Shown here: positions 11,687-25,460 of the stretch, piece by piece | How positions within the stretch are numbered: the first letter of the stretch is position 1 | Layout: each line of letters begins with the position of its first letter | Source of the DNA: Camelus dromedarius | Lineage: Eukaryota | Assembly: GCF_036321535.1 (NCBI RefSeq) | Contig: NC_087437.1 | Span: 40,054,001 to 40,118,000 of the forward strand | DNA length: 64,000 bases | Reading direction: 5' to 3' | Made by a program: the position numbers and the translations under genes | The notes under the pieces: generated by a model | Databases searched by the model: none | Seen by the model: the letters and a program-made list of their open reading frames with translations, nothing else | What the model was told of the DNA's origin: nothing

Positions 11687-14600
11687 TCACTTAGATCTTT
11701 TTTCTAATTTCTGGACTCTGTCTTCCAGTTGAGTTCCCATTATCTTATTTTCCTCCTCATACCTCTTCCAAAAAATACTCATCTGAAAGGATGATCTATT
11801 AAGCTCCTTCTCACTCTCACACTTTTCCTGGCTAAAGCTATTTTCACAGCAGCTTTCTCTTCTCACCAGGCTCTTAAGTCTCACCTGTTACATACTAGAT
11901 GTACTTCTCAACCCTCTAATATTAGGTGGTCTCAGGTATGGGGCTGAAGCAAACTCAGTTCCCCGAAAAATCTGAAGTTTCCCTGTGTGAGAAATGGGGA
12001 CACAAATAATAAATCAGAAGAAAAGACTTCGCTCCCATTACCATCTTTCATCTGAAAGGCTGAAATTCACAGTCTTTCCACAAATCACCTGACTCGCTGT
12101 TATATGTCTTCCGAAAGACTCTAGATGTCTTCTAAATTGAAGTTAATTGTTAAGGAAGGACACACTCAGGTGATCTGTCATTAGGCTTAGTAAAAATATT
12201 TGGCAATGTGAGCTTCATTTCCATCTGAGAATCTCAAGGCAATTGACAAATGATCAGAGGTTATTCCCATATTGGGAGGGGTAATCTGAAGCCCAGACCG
12301 TAAAATAAATACCAACTTCCCATTTCAGACAATTCAAACTGATTAGCAATAAAATTACTCATCCAAAAACTAGCATATTGGGAAAAAAGTAGCATAAGCT
12401 GTAATTTGGAATATAACAACCACATATAAATTCTGTTTCCCAAATCTCATTTTATTAATGTTTATGTACATAAGTGATGGTTGCAAAAAGCTAAAATATT
12501 CCTAATGTTTTCCTGAGATTTTTTTTTCCCCTTGGGTCAAAATTGGAAATGAGAAGTATCATAAAGAATTCAGATAAGCAAGACACAGGACTGGTATGTT
12601 TATAAAACTTGCTGTATCTTCTTGCCTTTGTTGTACAGTTTATCCTGAAACCCAAACCTGAAGACCCATCTCTATTTTAATTGATTCTATTGTATTAGAA
12701 AAATTTCCATGTCATTGTGTATATTCAGTATAAGTTTCCCTATGTCTGTATGGCCTAAGCTGACTTTGCCCAATTAAAAAGTTAACAATAATTGAGAGGG
12801 GATGGTAAGTGACTATCCTATTACTTTAACATGCATTCACCCTCAAGACAGCTAACGGAGAGTTTGGCAAGTCACAAAGTCTCAGAAACTGTCACGTCTA
12901 TAGCTATACTGCTCCCTCTCACTCATCAAAAAGGCCTCAATGGGTCCTGTTCGACCCCTGAGCTGAACTGCCCTGCAGTGATACTTCAGAGCTTTGCCCA
13001 GTGCCAGCCCTCCACACCAGCCTTCCTCTCCCTCCTGAGAGCAGCAATTTCCAATTTTAAAGGATTAAACAGTCATCCCTTTCCTTTCCACGTGAAACAC
13101 ACCTAATCTCTAGGAACAGGCTTCAGAGTTCCATTTTTTGCCTGATTATCTCAGAAATGTTGGGGACTTCAAAGATTCTGTATGTCTTATTCTCTGTTCC
13201 TTAACAATCCAATGTAAATTTTAAGATTGCTTTTCCCTTTTTTTTTTCCCCCTCTTCCATTTTATCCCTGCTTCTCTCATTTCCAGGCTCTCAAACAAGT
13301 TGGATTTTTTTTTTCCCTTTCTCAGTTCTTAATACCTCCATAGACATCTTGCCCTTGTGAGTACACAGACATGTGCACACACACACGCACACATCACAAA
13401 GCTGTATAAGGGTTATGTGAATGTTCAGTGTGTCACTAAAATTGCTGACATCTATCTGTATTTGTATCACCTTAAAGGAGAACCAATCGATTAACCCTTT
13501 TAAGTTCTGTTTAAAACGTGTTACAGCAGTCAAAAAAGTGATGCACAACCTTTTAAACAATGCTAATGCACTCTTGTGAAAGGATGCACTGACAGTTCTA
13601 TGAGACTGGAGTCTAGTGAAAGCAGGTGTACAGGGCCCCGCAAAAATGGCACTGCAGTGTGAGGTTTGAAAGGAGATGCGAAAGTCATTTCATGTGGTTG
13701 GTTTTTGCAGAACCTCTGAGAAATGAGGCAAGAGTGAAAAGCCACCTGCTGCCAAGATACAAGCCCAGCTATTAGCCTTCTCACTATTCACATGGCCACA
13801 CCTGAAACTGATACGGAGTGACGTTACCTAACAGCTTAATTAATGCTTTTCCACACTGCATTAAATACACATCTGCATGAGCCAAGTATGGGAAAAATAC
13901 TAGGATGGATCCTGACATAAGTTATAGTTTAATCAAAGATAAAAAGGTTATTTTTAAAGTAAAATTGAAAATGTGGCATTCCTCACACAAGAAAAAAAAT
14001 TAAGCATTGCAGTTCTCAAAGTTGGAATGTAATATTGGGATCCTACTAATAAAAGATTCAAATGGCACCATTTTAAACTAAACTCTTAGAAGCAAATGAA
14101 ATAATTAATCATCCTTTTCTGGGCCACACCCACCTCTTTATTTTTTGTTTCTGTATTTTTATTTATTTATTTTTATTTTCTGTATTTTAGACCAGCCTTT
14201 GTCCTTTCGAACATTAACTGCTGAGATAGACTAATGGCTTTCTCAAGCACCCTTTACCATAAAGCATTTACAAACAATGGCCATTAGAAAATCAGGAGGA
14301 AGGACAGGAATGAATTTACAGTTCTGTAAGGTGGTAGAGAGATTTACACTTCAGATGTGAGCAGTGCTGTGGTCAGAGGGCAGGTGAAGGGGCAGGCCTC
14401 CAGGATGTCCTTCAGGATGTCCGCACATAAGCAAAGTCAAGTCAGAAGAGAACTGGAGATGCACCAACTATTTTGCAAGAGCTCAGGAAGTAGCTCTCCA
14501 GACCAAACAGCACCCCCAGAGACAACCTTCAACCCTATAACTGGGGTCTCCACCAGGTGCTGCGTCACCTGACACCTGTGGAACCTCAAGGGGCCACCGC

Positions 14601-14924
14601 TCCATTCCTGGGCCAGGAATCCCAGCTTCCTGGTCCTCAGCTCCAACGGCTGGTTTTACACCTGCTGCGGGGAAAGCCTCAAACATCTTAGCCACATTTG
14701 GAAGTAGTTCATTAAAGAGGTTCTAAATGCCTATTTTTTAAATATTTTTAGAACACTCAGGAGTTTTATAGCACAGGAGGGGCCCATAAAAGTAAAGTAC
14801 TTTGCTAACAGTATATGGGAGGAAATTTTCAAATTAATTTTTAGTGCACATTGTTGCTTCTGAGGATTTTTGTTTAATTTTTATAGTGTTAGAGGTTACA
14901 CTCATCATTTTATTAAAAGACTCA

Positions 14925-15340
14925 ATTATATTTAACATTTATGGAGCACCTTTCCTTTGCAAGCTACTTGGCTATGGATTCAAGGACCAAAGAGACGTGG
15001 TCCTGCATGGGAAGCTCATGGCGTGGTGAGACACAAACAGCTATCCATGGACATTGCGAAGGTACACAGGAGGCAGAGAGGCACTGCACAGGAGGAACCA
15101 TGCATTCCACGGCACAGTGAGAGTGAAGGGTTTACGCTGAATAGGTTATCCAGTAAGGTTTCAAAGAAGAGGTGGCAAGTCTTCTGCGTCTTAAAGGGTG
15201 ATTCGGAGTGTTCCAGAAAGGGCTCAGGGGGAGGAGTGTTCCGGGTCCATGCTAGAGATACAGCTCATGCAAGGGCCCAGAGACAGGAAAGCACAGGTGC
15301 CCTTGCAGACCAGAAAGTTGGCTGTTGGGCCCTGAGAAGC
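14925..15340 (-). mobile_element. L2 fragment
   Basis: aacatttatggagcacc...ggtcctgcatgggaagctcatgg resembles an antisense L2 3' end. Confidence 0.55.
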
Positions 15341-17339
15341 AGAATCAGAGTGGAGAGATGCACAGCACTCATCAGTGGCCATTTCACTTTGATAAACATC
15401 TTACTGGGAGGCAGAGCCTGGCTTATTAGCACACATCTCAAGTGTTACACAGAAACAGACAGGATTACCATGGTGTTTTATTTGCTAAAGAACTCAAAAC
15501 AGTTAATCCGTCAAGAACGCCATCCCCTCCCCCTCATTGTTTTGCTCCTGCTTGGAACTTCTTTCTTTTTTTGGAAGTTTCTCCAGGTGATTGGAGAAAG
15601 AGGAAAAGAATGGGGCAAAAATGCTTTACAAAAATTGTGCTATATTTAAAACATTTACATGTAACAAATATATGCTTTTTGCATGTTAAAAATGTGTATA
15701 AATATAAGATTTATATATGTGTTAGAATCATCATGCCGTGCAGACAGAAGGGTTTTGTAATGGTTTAAAGTTTTATAATGGGTTTTGTTCAAGCCTCCAT
15801 ATACTTCTGCTTCAGTGTATATACCCTCACTTGGAGAAAATCTCACAAGATTAAACTTGAGGCCCTTCATGAATGTAAAGCCATGAGTACACCCCAACCC
15901 CGTGCCTCCACTCCCACCGATACTCAGTAGTAACACTGAATAGGAAACTGATGACTGACAGCTCTCTCCCCAGCCCAGAGACTCTGCTGTCACAGCAAGC
16001 ATGTCTCAGTTGAATACGTTCTTTAGGATCAGCCTGGAAGGCCATGTGTGTACAAGAGGGTACATTTAGGTATTGCTTTTGCGGAAAGCCCATCTTCCCT
16101 CCCAGGCCTCTCTTGCTGAGATTCCGACCTCATTGCCTCTGGAACTACTGAATGGCTGGGAACTAGCGGAGAGCTTTGCTGCCAGCCACTCCACCTCCAG
16201 CACTGCCACTAAGGCCCTTTTCCTGGGCTTTGTTCCCTCTTCAGTTCAGTGCCCAGAGTGGAGTTAACGGGGACACGCTTCACCACCTTGGCCACTGCCG
16301 GGTGGTCTGTGCAGCACAGGCTGCCAGATCATCCATCAAAGCAGGGCCTCCCGAGAGCAGCAGAATGCCAGCTCCCACCACCAGCCCACCTCTACCAGCC
16401 CTCGGAGGAGGAGACCTTCCCAGGGAGGGTCCCCACCTGCTCCTCCATTGGCTGTCTGGACAGGTCCCAGCACAACTGGCAGATGGAGCGGGGGTGGCTT
16501 GTGACACTCTCCGCACAATGAGGAAAGAAACTTGCCTTCTGTCCACAGAAGGCAAAACACACTGCAACTTGCTGTCATGGCCCCCATGCCATTTCAAAGT
16601 CATCAGCAACTACTGTGCCCCTGGGGGTGAGGGAGAGCCAAAAGTAGGGACAATGCGATCTCTGCTAAAAACACAAAAAGCTTTGCTTACAGCACAGGTT
16701 CAGGGAATTCTGAAGAAACAGGCCCGGGGTCTGCCAGGATTCTGGGAGTGGCAACTCTAGAAAGTTGCCTGGGTTTGTCACATGACCCAGAGGAAGCTGC
16801 AGTTTGAGGCATTTTTCTCTTAATCATCACAAGTTATGGGGAAGAAAAACCTTCTGTTCTGGAAAGTCCACCCCCAAATTCACCTGCACACTGCAGATGG
16901 ACCCCAGGCTTGGACTCAGTGCCCCGGCTTCATACCCAAGCCTTGCCTCTTAAAGATCTTCGCTCGTCCAAACTTCGCTCATCCCGGTCCCTCCTTCACC
17001 TGTGTCACACCTCGACAACAGTCAGTCAATGGTTTTCTTCAAGCACTCACTTTTGTCCCTTTAATTCATTTCAAAAGAACAATCTCAAGTGGAAAAACCA
17101 GTATCATCTGCTATCTTAGAGGAAATGGCATAGAGAATGAAAACTAAACAATATTATTAAATTCTAGCCAAATTCTGTCACCCAACTGAGCCTCCGACTT
17201 TCTGTTGAAATTATCACATGTTAATCTACAGTTGTTCTTGCAGTTGTTGGAAGGACTAAAAGAGGGCTTGAAAGGAAATGACTCTCACTTCTTGATTCAA
17301 GGCCATGGAGTCCTCAGCCCATGAACCACCAGAATCACC

Positions 17340-17367
17340 CTGTTCTCTGTTCTCTGTTCTCTGTTCT
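17340..17367. repeat. (CTGTTCT)4 heptamer repeat
   Basis: Four perfect copies read directly. Confidence 0.9.
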
Positions 17368-20300
17368 CCACACTTCAAGAATCCCCCCACGCCAAGGAGA
17401 GGGAAACACAAGGCTGAGTTTGTCTGCTGTTGTTTTGTTTGCCTCTCTCCCACCTCAGGGACAATGACGGCACTTTGACTCTTTCTCTACCATGTACTTA
17501 GTACAGATTCCACAAGTTGCTTGAGTGTAGGGACTTGTCTACATCAGCCCTGGGCTTGGAAGGAGTGGGTGCTCAGACATAGCTCACACAAAAGCAAGTA
17601 AATGCTGCTGGCTGTTGTCTTTTCTTACTTTCTACTTCCATTTTACTTCCCCAGAAGCATTCCGATGAGGCAATATTCAGAGTAAAGCTACACAGAAGCG
17701 TCTTAGAGACAAGATGACAGTCATTCAGTCATTTAGTTCAATGACACTATCCTCCATGCAAAATGGTTCATTCTCTCACCAGCCAGCTAGTATCCACACT
17801 CAGGCAATACTTCTGAGAACAAATATATGTATAACTCCATTTCACAGATTTCCCTCCAAGTCCAAAGAGGGAAAGGCAGTTGACCAAGATCACATGCAAG
17901 GGGTGACAGATTTAAAACTCCAAACCCTCCAAGCTTAAGCTTTTGAGTCAGACAGTGGAGTTGGCTAGTCACAGCTCTCATATGCAAACACCAGAAAGCA
18001 GTTGTATATGCCAATATCACCATTAAATTTGATGTCCCTCAAATGCTGTCTGGAATTCATGGCAACTTATCTCAGCTCAACTCAAAGCTCTTTATTTTTG
18101 TTTGGTTTGGTTTTCTGAGGCCCTATTTGAACAAAGGTTGTAAATCAGAAGAAAAAAGCTCATATGTGCTTTCTGAACATTTTGTAGGATGCTTGTCTGT
18201 CCGATGTTCTGTATTTCTTGGCCCCAGAGTCTTGAACACTAGGTTCATTGTATTACACAAGGGTGTCAACAAATGCTATGCACTAAAGGAGAAAAGTGAT
18301 GGACCTATATCATCTGCTTTCTCTCCCATGTAGCTTCCTAATCAATCTTTCCCTGTGATAACCTAGGGCTGAGAATATATTTAAAGCAACACAGAATTCT
18401 GTGAACATTACCCATTCTGCAAAGGCATTTTTTTTTAAATCACAAAACAGGAAGTTCCAAGCCATTGAAACTCACCAGTATATTTGCTTGAAAGTCTTCT
18501 GGAACAACAAAACAGTACATGCCTATCCAGGCAAGCAGACTATTATAAAAGCAGATGTTTTGCTCACTTCCACCTCCGAGAAACACATTGTCAATTTAGT
18601 TAACATCCTCTGGTCGTTTGAACAGGCTTCTCAGGAAGTCAGCAATGATATAACTCAAGCACAATATGATCCTTATGTTCCCATTTATCTCGTACTTGTA
18701 CATCTGAGCAGAAGATAGATGTGCGTGTGTGTTAAATGAATTAGAAAGAAGAAAAATGCCAGGAGTTGGGCTACTCACACTCTCACAAAAATGTCAACCC
18801 ACAGGAGTGGGATTCAAGGAACAAAAGGTGCTTAGAGAATGGGGGCATCAGCATACATGGATTACATTCCTTACCAAGGGTTCGGCACTGCCTGCTCCCA
18901 ACAGCAAGCACAGAATAAATCACCTACACACTCATCCTGTGTAGATCAACCACTGGGAAGACAGCCCCAAAGTATCTCAACAGCCCATGTCGGAGGCCTT
19001 CATCTGCGTTTTCCAGTGATCTGGTCTCACTTTATCTGGGCCAAGTGCCCATGGTTCAGGTCAGCTGACTCAGGAAGAGAGGTTAAGATTGGTGGTCAAG
19101 ATGGAGGGACAAAAGGAAAATGAAGAGACAGAGTAAGCCAAGAGGAGGGTAAACAGAGAGGAAATACGGTAAGATGGGAAAAAGAAAAGAAAGGAAGGTG
19201 GTGAACAGTTGTGACTCGGCAAAAACAAGTTGAGAAAAGATGTGGCCAGGTGCCCACGCAGCAGTCCTGCAGCTAGTTGGAGAACCCACACACAGGATGG
19301 GATCATTTAGCCTGCCCGCCAGCACCGCCAGCCACAAGGACAGGGACAGCAGGTGTAAGATGGCAGAGACACTCAGCATTCCTGCAGAAGAGGTATCAGT
19401 CCTGTATGAGCTAGCTTTGGCCCTCCCGAAACAAACAGGCTTCAGTCATTAAGCCAGATATTCCCAAGTCTCCACAACATACACACACAGACACACAAAC
19501 AGACAGACAGACACACACACACACACACACACACATACCTTTGCTGTCAACAAGATAAAACAAATTTATTAGTCCGGGTTAATAGGTCAGGTTTAATCGC
19601 TTCTTTACAGAGTTTTTGAAGCCATTCTCCACTATGCTTTTTTAAGCTAATATATTCATAAAAGAGCATAGCAAATAAGTTTATCAAAGTCACTACTAAG
19701 CCCCCACTCCCAGTTTTACTAACCTGGACTTTTGTTTAAATAGCTAAACTCTCCAACTTGAGGATGTTAACCAAGCCTGGCTGGTAGGGGTAAAGGAGGG
19801 CAAACAGTGGAGGGTAGAAGGGACCTGGTCCAGGACACCTTCTCTCTCCAAGACATCAGTGCCACCCAAGTAGCACCAGATCTACAAGGCAGCCAGGCAG
19901 CCGTGGGGTTTCAACAAAGGGCCAAAGGGTCTCCTTTTTAAACGTCTGCTTGGGGCCTTGCAAACCCAGAATTTAACCTTATGCTACTGGGGTAATGTTC
20001 ATTTGGGAGTACTTAAGCTTAAATTACTCTTAAATCACTCCTCTGCGTTAGACACACCCAACTCTTGGCAGTGAACCAGAGTCAGGATGCACCACCCAGG
20101 ACCCACTGTTCAAACCTGAAACTTGAAAGGCCTCAAAATCCAAAAAGCAAACACAGCTTCCTAATCACTTTTTTAACTCATCTGCTTCCTCTATCTCCAG
20201 CACATTGTTTTCCTGTTGAGTGGTTCCAAATAGAAGTTAGAAGTGAACTGCTAGTCCAGAATGGGCTGAATGGAGGACCACAGTGTTCTCTGGGCTACAG

Positions 20301-20394
20301 CAGACACTGAGGGGGACACAGAAGGAGCAGAGCCAGGAGATCAGCCCATGAGGGCTCAGAGGGCATTGCCCCAGGGGTGGGTAGGAGCATCACA

Positions 20395-20600
20395 CTGGAG
20401 CTGGGCTCTGCCTTTTATGAGTGGGGTGACTTTGGGAAAGTCACTTAATCGCTGTGCCTGTTTTCACTTCTATAAAATGAGGATAATAGCCATACCTATC
20501 TAATAGGGCTATTGTGAGAATTAAATGAGTTAATATATGTGAGAACTTAGAAGAGTGCCTATTAGCTGACAGTGTTATTTTTACTATTTTTATTATTTTC
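20395..20600 (+). mobile_element. MIR SINE
   Basis: gtgactttgggaaagtcacttaatc...ctataaaatgaggataatag...tgtgagaattaaatgagttaatatatgt. Confidence 0.85.
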
Positions 20601-20939
20601 TTTTTGCCATAATTAGTCCCAGTTTATAAACCATGGATTACTCCCTCTTGCATACGAGAGTAAATACACACCTCCTGATGTGGCAGCCAATGTTTGAACC
20701 ATCTGCCCCCAACCTCCTTTTACAGCTTCATCGTCCTCTGCTACCTGCCGTGCACCATATGTTTAAAACCAAAGAGGTGCTTTATCATCGCCTGGACACA
20801 GCTCACAAATCCTTGACTCAGCCCGTATAGTTTTCTCTGCATCATCCCCCTCCACATTTCTAACTATCCAAAGTCATCATTCAAGACCATTCTCAAATGC
20901 TACACATTTTTTTAGCTTGAATGTCCAGATATTCACTGA

Positions 20940-21715
20940 CTATGTAAAACTCCATATCTCTGTTAGTTCTATAGATATGACGTGGCCGCCATGCCCTTTA
21001 TAATCTGTTTCACCCTCTTCTTCATATACTTCGCTTGTCAATGGCCTCCTTCAAAAGTAGCAACCAACACTGTGTGCAATTCTCTGATACACTGTGACTA
21101 ATCTAGATCATTTTCATAATTAATTTATTCCTTTATTGCACCCTAATATAATACCAGCTTCTTAGAAGCCGGTTGATATTCCCTAACTGATATACAGCTT
21201 CTGTTCAACTAAATATTCTTCACTTGAATCTGCTACCAAGTCTTCCCATAATTATGCCATTCATTTTTTTAACCTAAATGAACAATTGTACATTTGTGTC
21301 TACTGAGTGGCACCTTGTAGGCTGTAGGGCAGAGTTCCATTTTGACAAAATAATTTGGAACACACTTTGTTTATCTTTTGCATTGGCTATACCTCCCAGT
21401 GAAGTCATCTGAAAAGCATTCTCTCTGTGTCATGGATACCAACGTGAAATAATATAGGAACAAGGACAGATTATTGCAGCCATCAACTAAAGAGTCTCCC
21501 CAGCTTGACAGATCCACAGACCTTGAGATATGATTATTTTATCAGCTGTCTAACTCACCCAGCCCACTTTCATGACCTTGTTCTCAACAACAATGAAACT
21601 TTACAAAGTGCTTTTTTGAAACCAGTCAATGTCTATCTCAATTCCCTAGCAAGAACCTTTTTTTAAGAGTTAGGGGTTATTCTGTTGTGACAAATATCTG
21701 TTGACTCCCAGCAAT
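20940..21715 (-). mobile_element. CR1/L3 LINE fragment
   Basis: Degenerate antisense CR1 RT-region motifs (ggctatacctcccagtgaagtcatctg; caaagtgcttttttgaaaccag). Confidence 0.6.
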
Positions 21716-22264
21716 TACTACTCTTTTCTAATGCTCCAAAACAATACCTGGATATATTTTTCATGGACTATAAAAATAAAATAGGAGGCCAATAGGAAAG
21801 GCTTACAATTCAGCGACAGGAAGAAGCAGCCCAGAAACCCCAACCAGTCTAGGATATTTATTCCACTGAATCTAAGCATCAGATGAACTTCTGAATACAA
21901 CGCACCACTCCTTAGCAGTTTATAACTGCCAAGTGGGAGAGTACACCTCCTAGAACCTTTAGACTTTCAAAGGTTCTTAATCCTACCTCTAGCTGGCCTC
22001 TCAGATTGTATCAGGTAAGCCATGCTGCAGACTTGGAAGAGTCAAGATCTCCTGGGCTCAATCTCTTGATATTTTAGAGACCCTTTGGTCACAATAATTC
22101 CAGATTCCTCCCTTAAGACTTCTATCCACTGAGAAAGGCATTTCCTCATTCCTACCGAGATCTGTAGCAAACCTGGAGAATCTCTGAATAGAGCAAACTG
22201 TTTTGTATGACCAGACCTGGCCTAACACTCCAGGCTGTGATCTGTTCATTTCCAAATAGACTTT

Positions 22265-22752
22265 GGTAACTAGTCTCCCAAAATGCTCTCCCACGAACCA
22301 TGAGGCCTAATATTCATGCCCTTGTTTAGTCTCCTCCCCTTGAATCTGGGCTAGCCTTGTGACATGTATTGACCAAGAGGAACAGCAGGCGTGACTTGAA
22401 TGCTAGGGCATAAAAAGCCTTACATCTTGGGATGCTCCTCCAACAGTCCAGCCACTGTGCTGTGAGAAGGCCAAGCCACATGGAGAAACCATATGCAAAC
22501 ACTCCACGCAAGAGCCACAACTAAGCATTGACAGCAAGGAGCAGCAGCCATTTAACTGAGACATCTTTAATGTACACTTCAGTAGCCTTCTAACAACTGC
22601 AGCCCCAGCCAACATCTGACCACAACCACAAGAGACACCAAATGAGAACCACCTAGCTGAACTAAATCAATACCCAGAACTGCAAAAAATAATAATTAAC
22701 TTGCTTTAAGACACTAAATTTGGGGCTGGTTTGTTACACAGCAATAGAATCA
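22265..22752 (+). mobile_element. MLT1-family (MaLR) solo LTR
   Basis: cccttgaatctgggctagccttgtgac...gccactgtgctgtgagaaggccaagccacatggag...ttgttacacagcaataga; diagnostic MLT1 blocks and 3' end. Confidence 0.8.
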
Positions 22753-23164
22753 GGGCCAACATGGAGTCTGTGGATGCCAGAATCTATTCAAGGTCTGGAA
22801 ATACCAAAGATGACCTTGGGTCCCAAGGACTCACAACCAAGTTGCCTTGGACCTTAGATACTGGAGAGCTGTGACTGACTCCAAACTCTGAAATAAAGAT
22901 CAACTAGAAGACTTGAACTCTCTGACATTGTGTCCTAGAGACTGTTGGAGATTATCACACAACAGCAAAATCTTACTTAACTTCAAATAAACTTGACTGG
23001 AATTTCAATAAATCACAAGTTCATTATATATGATCTTCAAATTTTACAAGTTTTATATAAATTCTTTCTTTAACTTTTAGGATCTTAATTGGATTGGAAA
23101 AACTACTCTTCAAATTAAAAAAAATCAATAGATGTTTACAATCATGGCCTCATAAAATACTTAA

Positions 23165-23425
23165 AATGCCATTCATTCAAAATGATTCTAAACACAGAGC
23201 AAGGTACTGGGTATGCAATTGAGGTCAAAGGAGACAGCCTCTGCTCCCATGGCACAAGTAATCCAGTATGAAAGACAGACTCTAAACAAGTAAATGAATG
23301 GTTACAATTTTCCCGTGGAGTACAGTAGTAAAGAAACAATGGCAGGGTAGAGGAAATTCTGATCAAGGAAGTTCTCTCTGGAGAAGAAATATTTACCCTG
23401 ACACCTGAACGATAAGAAAAGAACT
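23165..23425 (-). mobile_element. L2 fragment
   Basis: cattcattcaaa...ctctgctcccatgg...taaacaagtaaat resembles an antisense L2 3' end. Confidence 0.55.
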
Positions 23426-24014
23426 ATATTGAAGGATAGTTAAAACTCTTATATAACAGATAATTACAGTGAGCTGTATTTCTTTCCTTGTCTGCCTACA
23501 CATCCAAAGCACTTAAAAGTCTTCTGCAGGCATTTGGACTCATCTCTGGAATGTCTTAAAGCCTCCTGCCACCTGAGCACTCACCATCTCTAACTCTTCT
23601 GCTTTGTCTTATTCCGCAAGACTCCCCTCATGTGGACTTCATAGTTTAGTTCTCACTCCACACAAAGCCTCTTTCTGTGACTCTCGTGCACACATTCTCT
23701 TTGCTTCATCCCCAGCAGGCCTCCTGCCCATAACTGACAGTGTCCATCCCCTGCAATCATGCACCATAACCCCAAGAAAAAGCACCATGCCTCAAACCCC
23801 ACCTGAGCCTTGGCCCTCACCTGCTCCTCAAGAGGAAGAAACCTGACATCTTACAGTAATTCATTTATTTACTAGTTTAAAATACTCTCTGAAGTTATTT
23901 TTAAGTGATATATGGACTTTTGATCACATCAGTTAGTTCAGTAGGCAGTGGAGGGCTTACACATCTGCTTCAGCACAAATCAGTGCCTCACTGACATCAA
24001 TACCAGATTCCCTG

Positions 24015-24920
24015 CTGTGGCTGACATGGTTAGTTGCTTCCCCAACACTCACTCCATTCCTCTCCCTTTGTGCCGCATGGGTGGGATTAACATCTGTGGC
24101 AGAGTTAGCTGGCTGACCACCAAAGACTCATGCTCCCTTCCACACTGTGGAGTACATGCTAGGAAGCAGAGGCCGGGCCAAGGACCACATTTCACACCAA
24201 TCTTGACCTATGAGGAGCCATGTGACTAGTTCTCCCCAATGGAATGTGAGCAAAATTGATGTGTGTCACTTCTGGGACAAAGTAGTTAAGAAGCAGCAAC
24301 TCTAGGAACTCTGCACTCAGGATGGGAGAACACTAAGATACTAAGATCTCTGAATAACCTCTTGGAGGTGAACCAGTCATTTAGGATTAAGAACATTCAC
24401 ACTGGTCTATAACATGACTGAGGAATAAATGTTCATTGTACGAAGCCAGAGAGAATCTGGAATGTGTCTGCTCTAGCAGCTAGCTTTTCTATATTAACAT
24501 AACATCCTTCCAAGCTCCAGGGATGGGCTCTGATTTGGTTCAGGGATGGGCATGCATCCCAGGTCTGAGTCAATCAGTGCATAGTGTTCCTCCAGCCCAA
24601 GAAGTTTCTTCAGAGGCTGACAATATTGCCTAAGTCAGTCCAATTAAAGAAAAGGTTATGATTTTTTTCAAAGTTTTAGAGAAAAGAAGCCTTTTCTCTC
24701 CTCCTGAATATGGATAAGAAAGCAGGTAGTAAAGGATTTTGCAACAGTCTACAGATGAAAGCAGCATACAGAGGAAAGAAGAACAAATTGAAAAAATGGA
24801 GCCAGATAGCTAATCAAACTATGCTGGAAGCATAATCTACATACAGATTTTAAAGCTTCACAAACTAATAAATTCCTTTCATTTTTAAACCATTTTAAAT
24901 TTGTTTTTCTTTATTAACAA
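24015..24920 (+). mobile_element. MLT1-like LTR (~24015-24495) followed by an ERVL-type LTR (LTR16/33-like, ~24500-24920)
   Basis: tgactagttctccccaatggaatgtgagc...gtgtcacttctggg (MLT1); cagggatgggcatg...aataaattcctttc (ERVL LTR). Subfamilies uncertain. Confidence 0.6.
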
Positions 24921-25121
24921 CTAGTATATTTCAGGCATAGTTGATTATACATAAAACTCCTATAGTCAACACAGGAAAAAGAAATAAATGAAAACCAATT
25001 ACATTATTAAATATAATTCAGAGTTCACCAAAATACATAAAGGATATATACATATAGTACATATAGGATATGTAATTGGTACTTCAATAAAACATTAATC
25101 AAAATTCACAAATATGTATAC

Positions 25122-25460
25122 CTGCATCAGTCAAAATAGCTTAGTTATACTGCTGCAAGAAATAACCCCCCAAATCTCAATGGTTTACAACAAAATTTAT
25201 TTCTTGTTAATGTTATGCTTTGTGCTTTATTCTGGGTCAACTATGCCTCAGCTCCACCTTTCCTCCAGGCTCAGATCTGCTAAAATAGACTCTGCATACA
25301 ATATTCCTGCTGTCGTAATAGAGGGAAAAGACAAAACATGGTAAGCTAAGTGCTGAATCTTAAAAACTTCTATCTGTTCACATGTATTGGTCAGAGCAAG
25401 CCTGGGGGTCAGTAGAAGTATAATTCTACCCCAGAAAAAGGCAGTGAATATTTAGTTTGA
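25122..25460 (-). mobile_element. MLT1-family LTR fragment
   Basis: tagttatactgctgcaagaaataacccccaaatctcaatggtttacaacaaaatttatttcttg is an antisense MLT1 3' end. Confidence 0.65.

Noticed and set aside
14957..15649. 230-aa plus-strand ORF
   Set aside because: Largely overlaps an L2-like fragment, has a non-ATG start and resembles no known protein.
16176..16760. 194-aa ORF in a GC-richer patch
   Set aside because: Non-ATG start, no recognisable homology, and ORFs occur in several frames as expected from local GC content.
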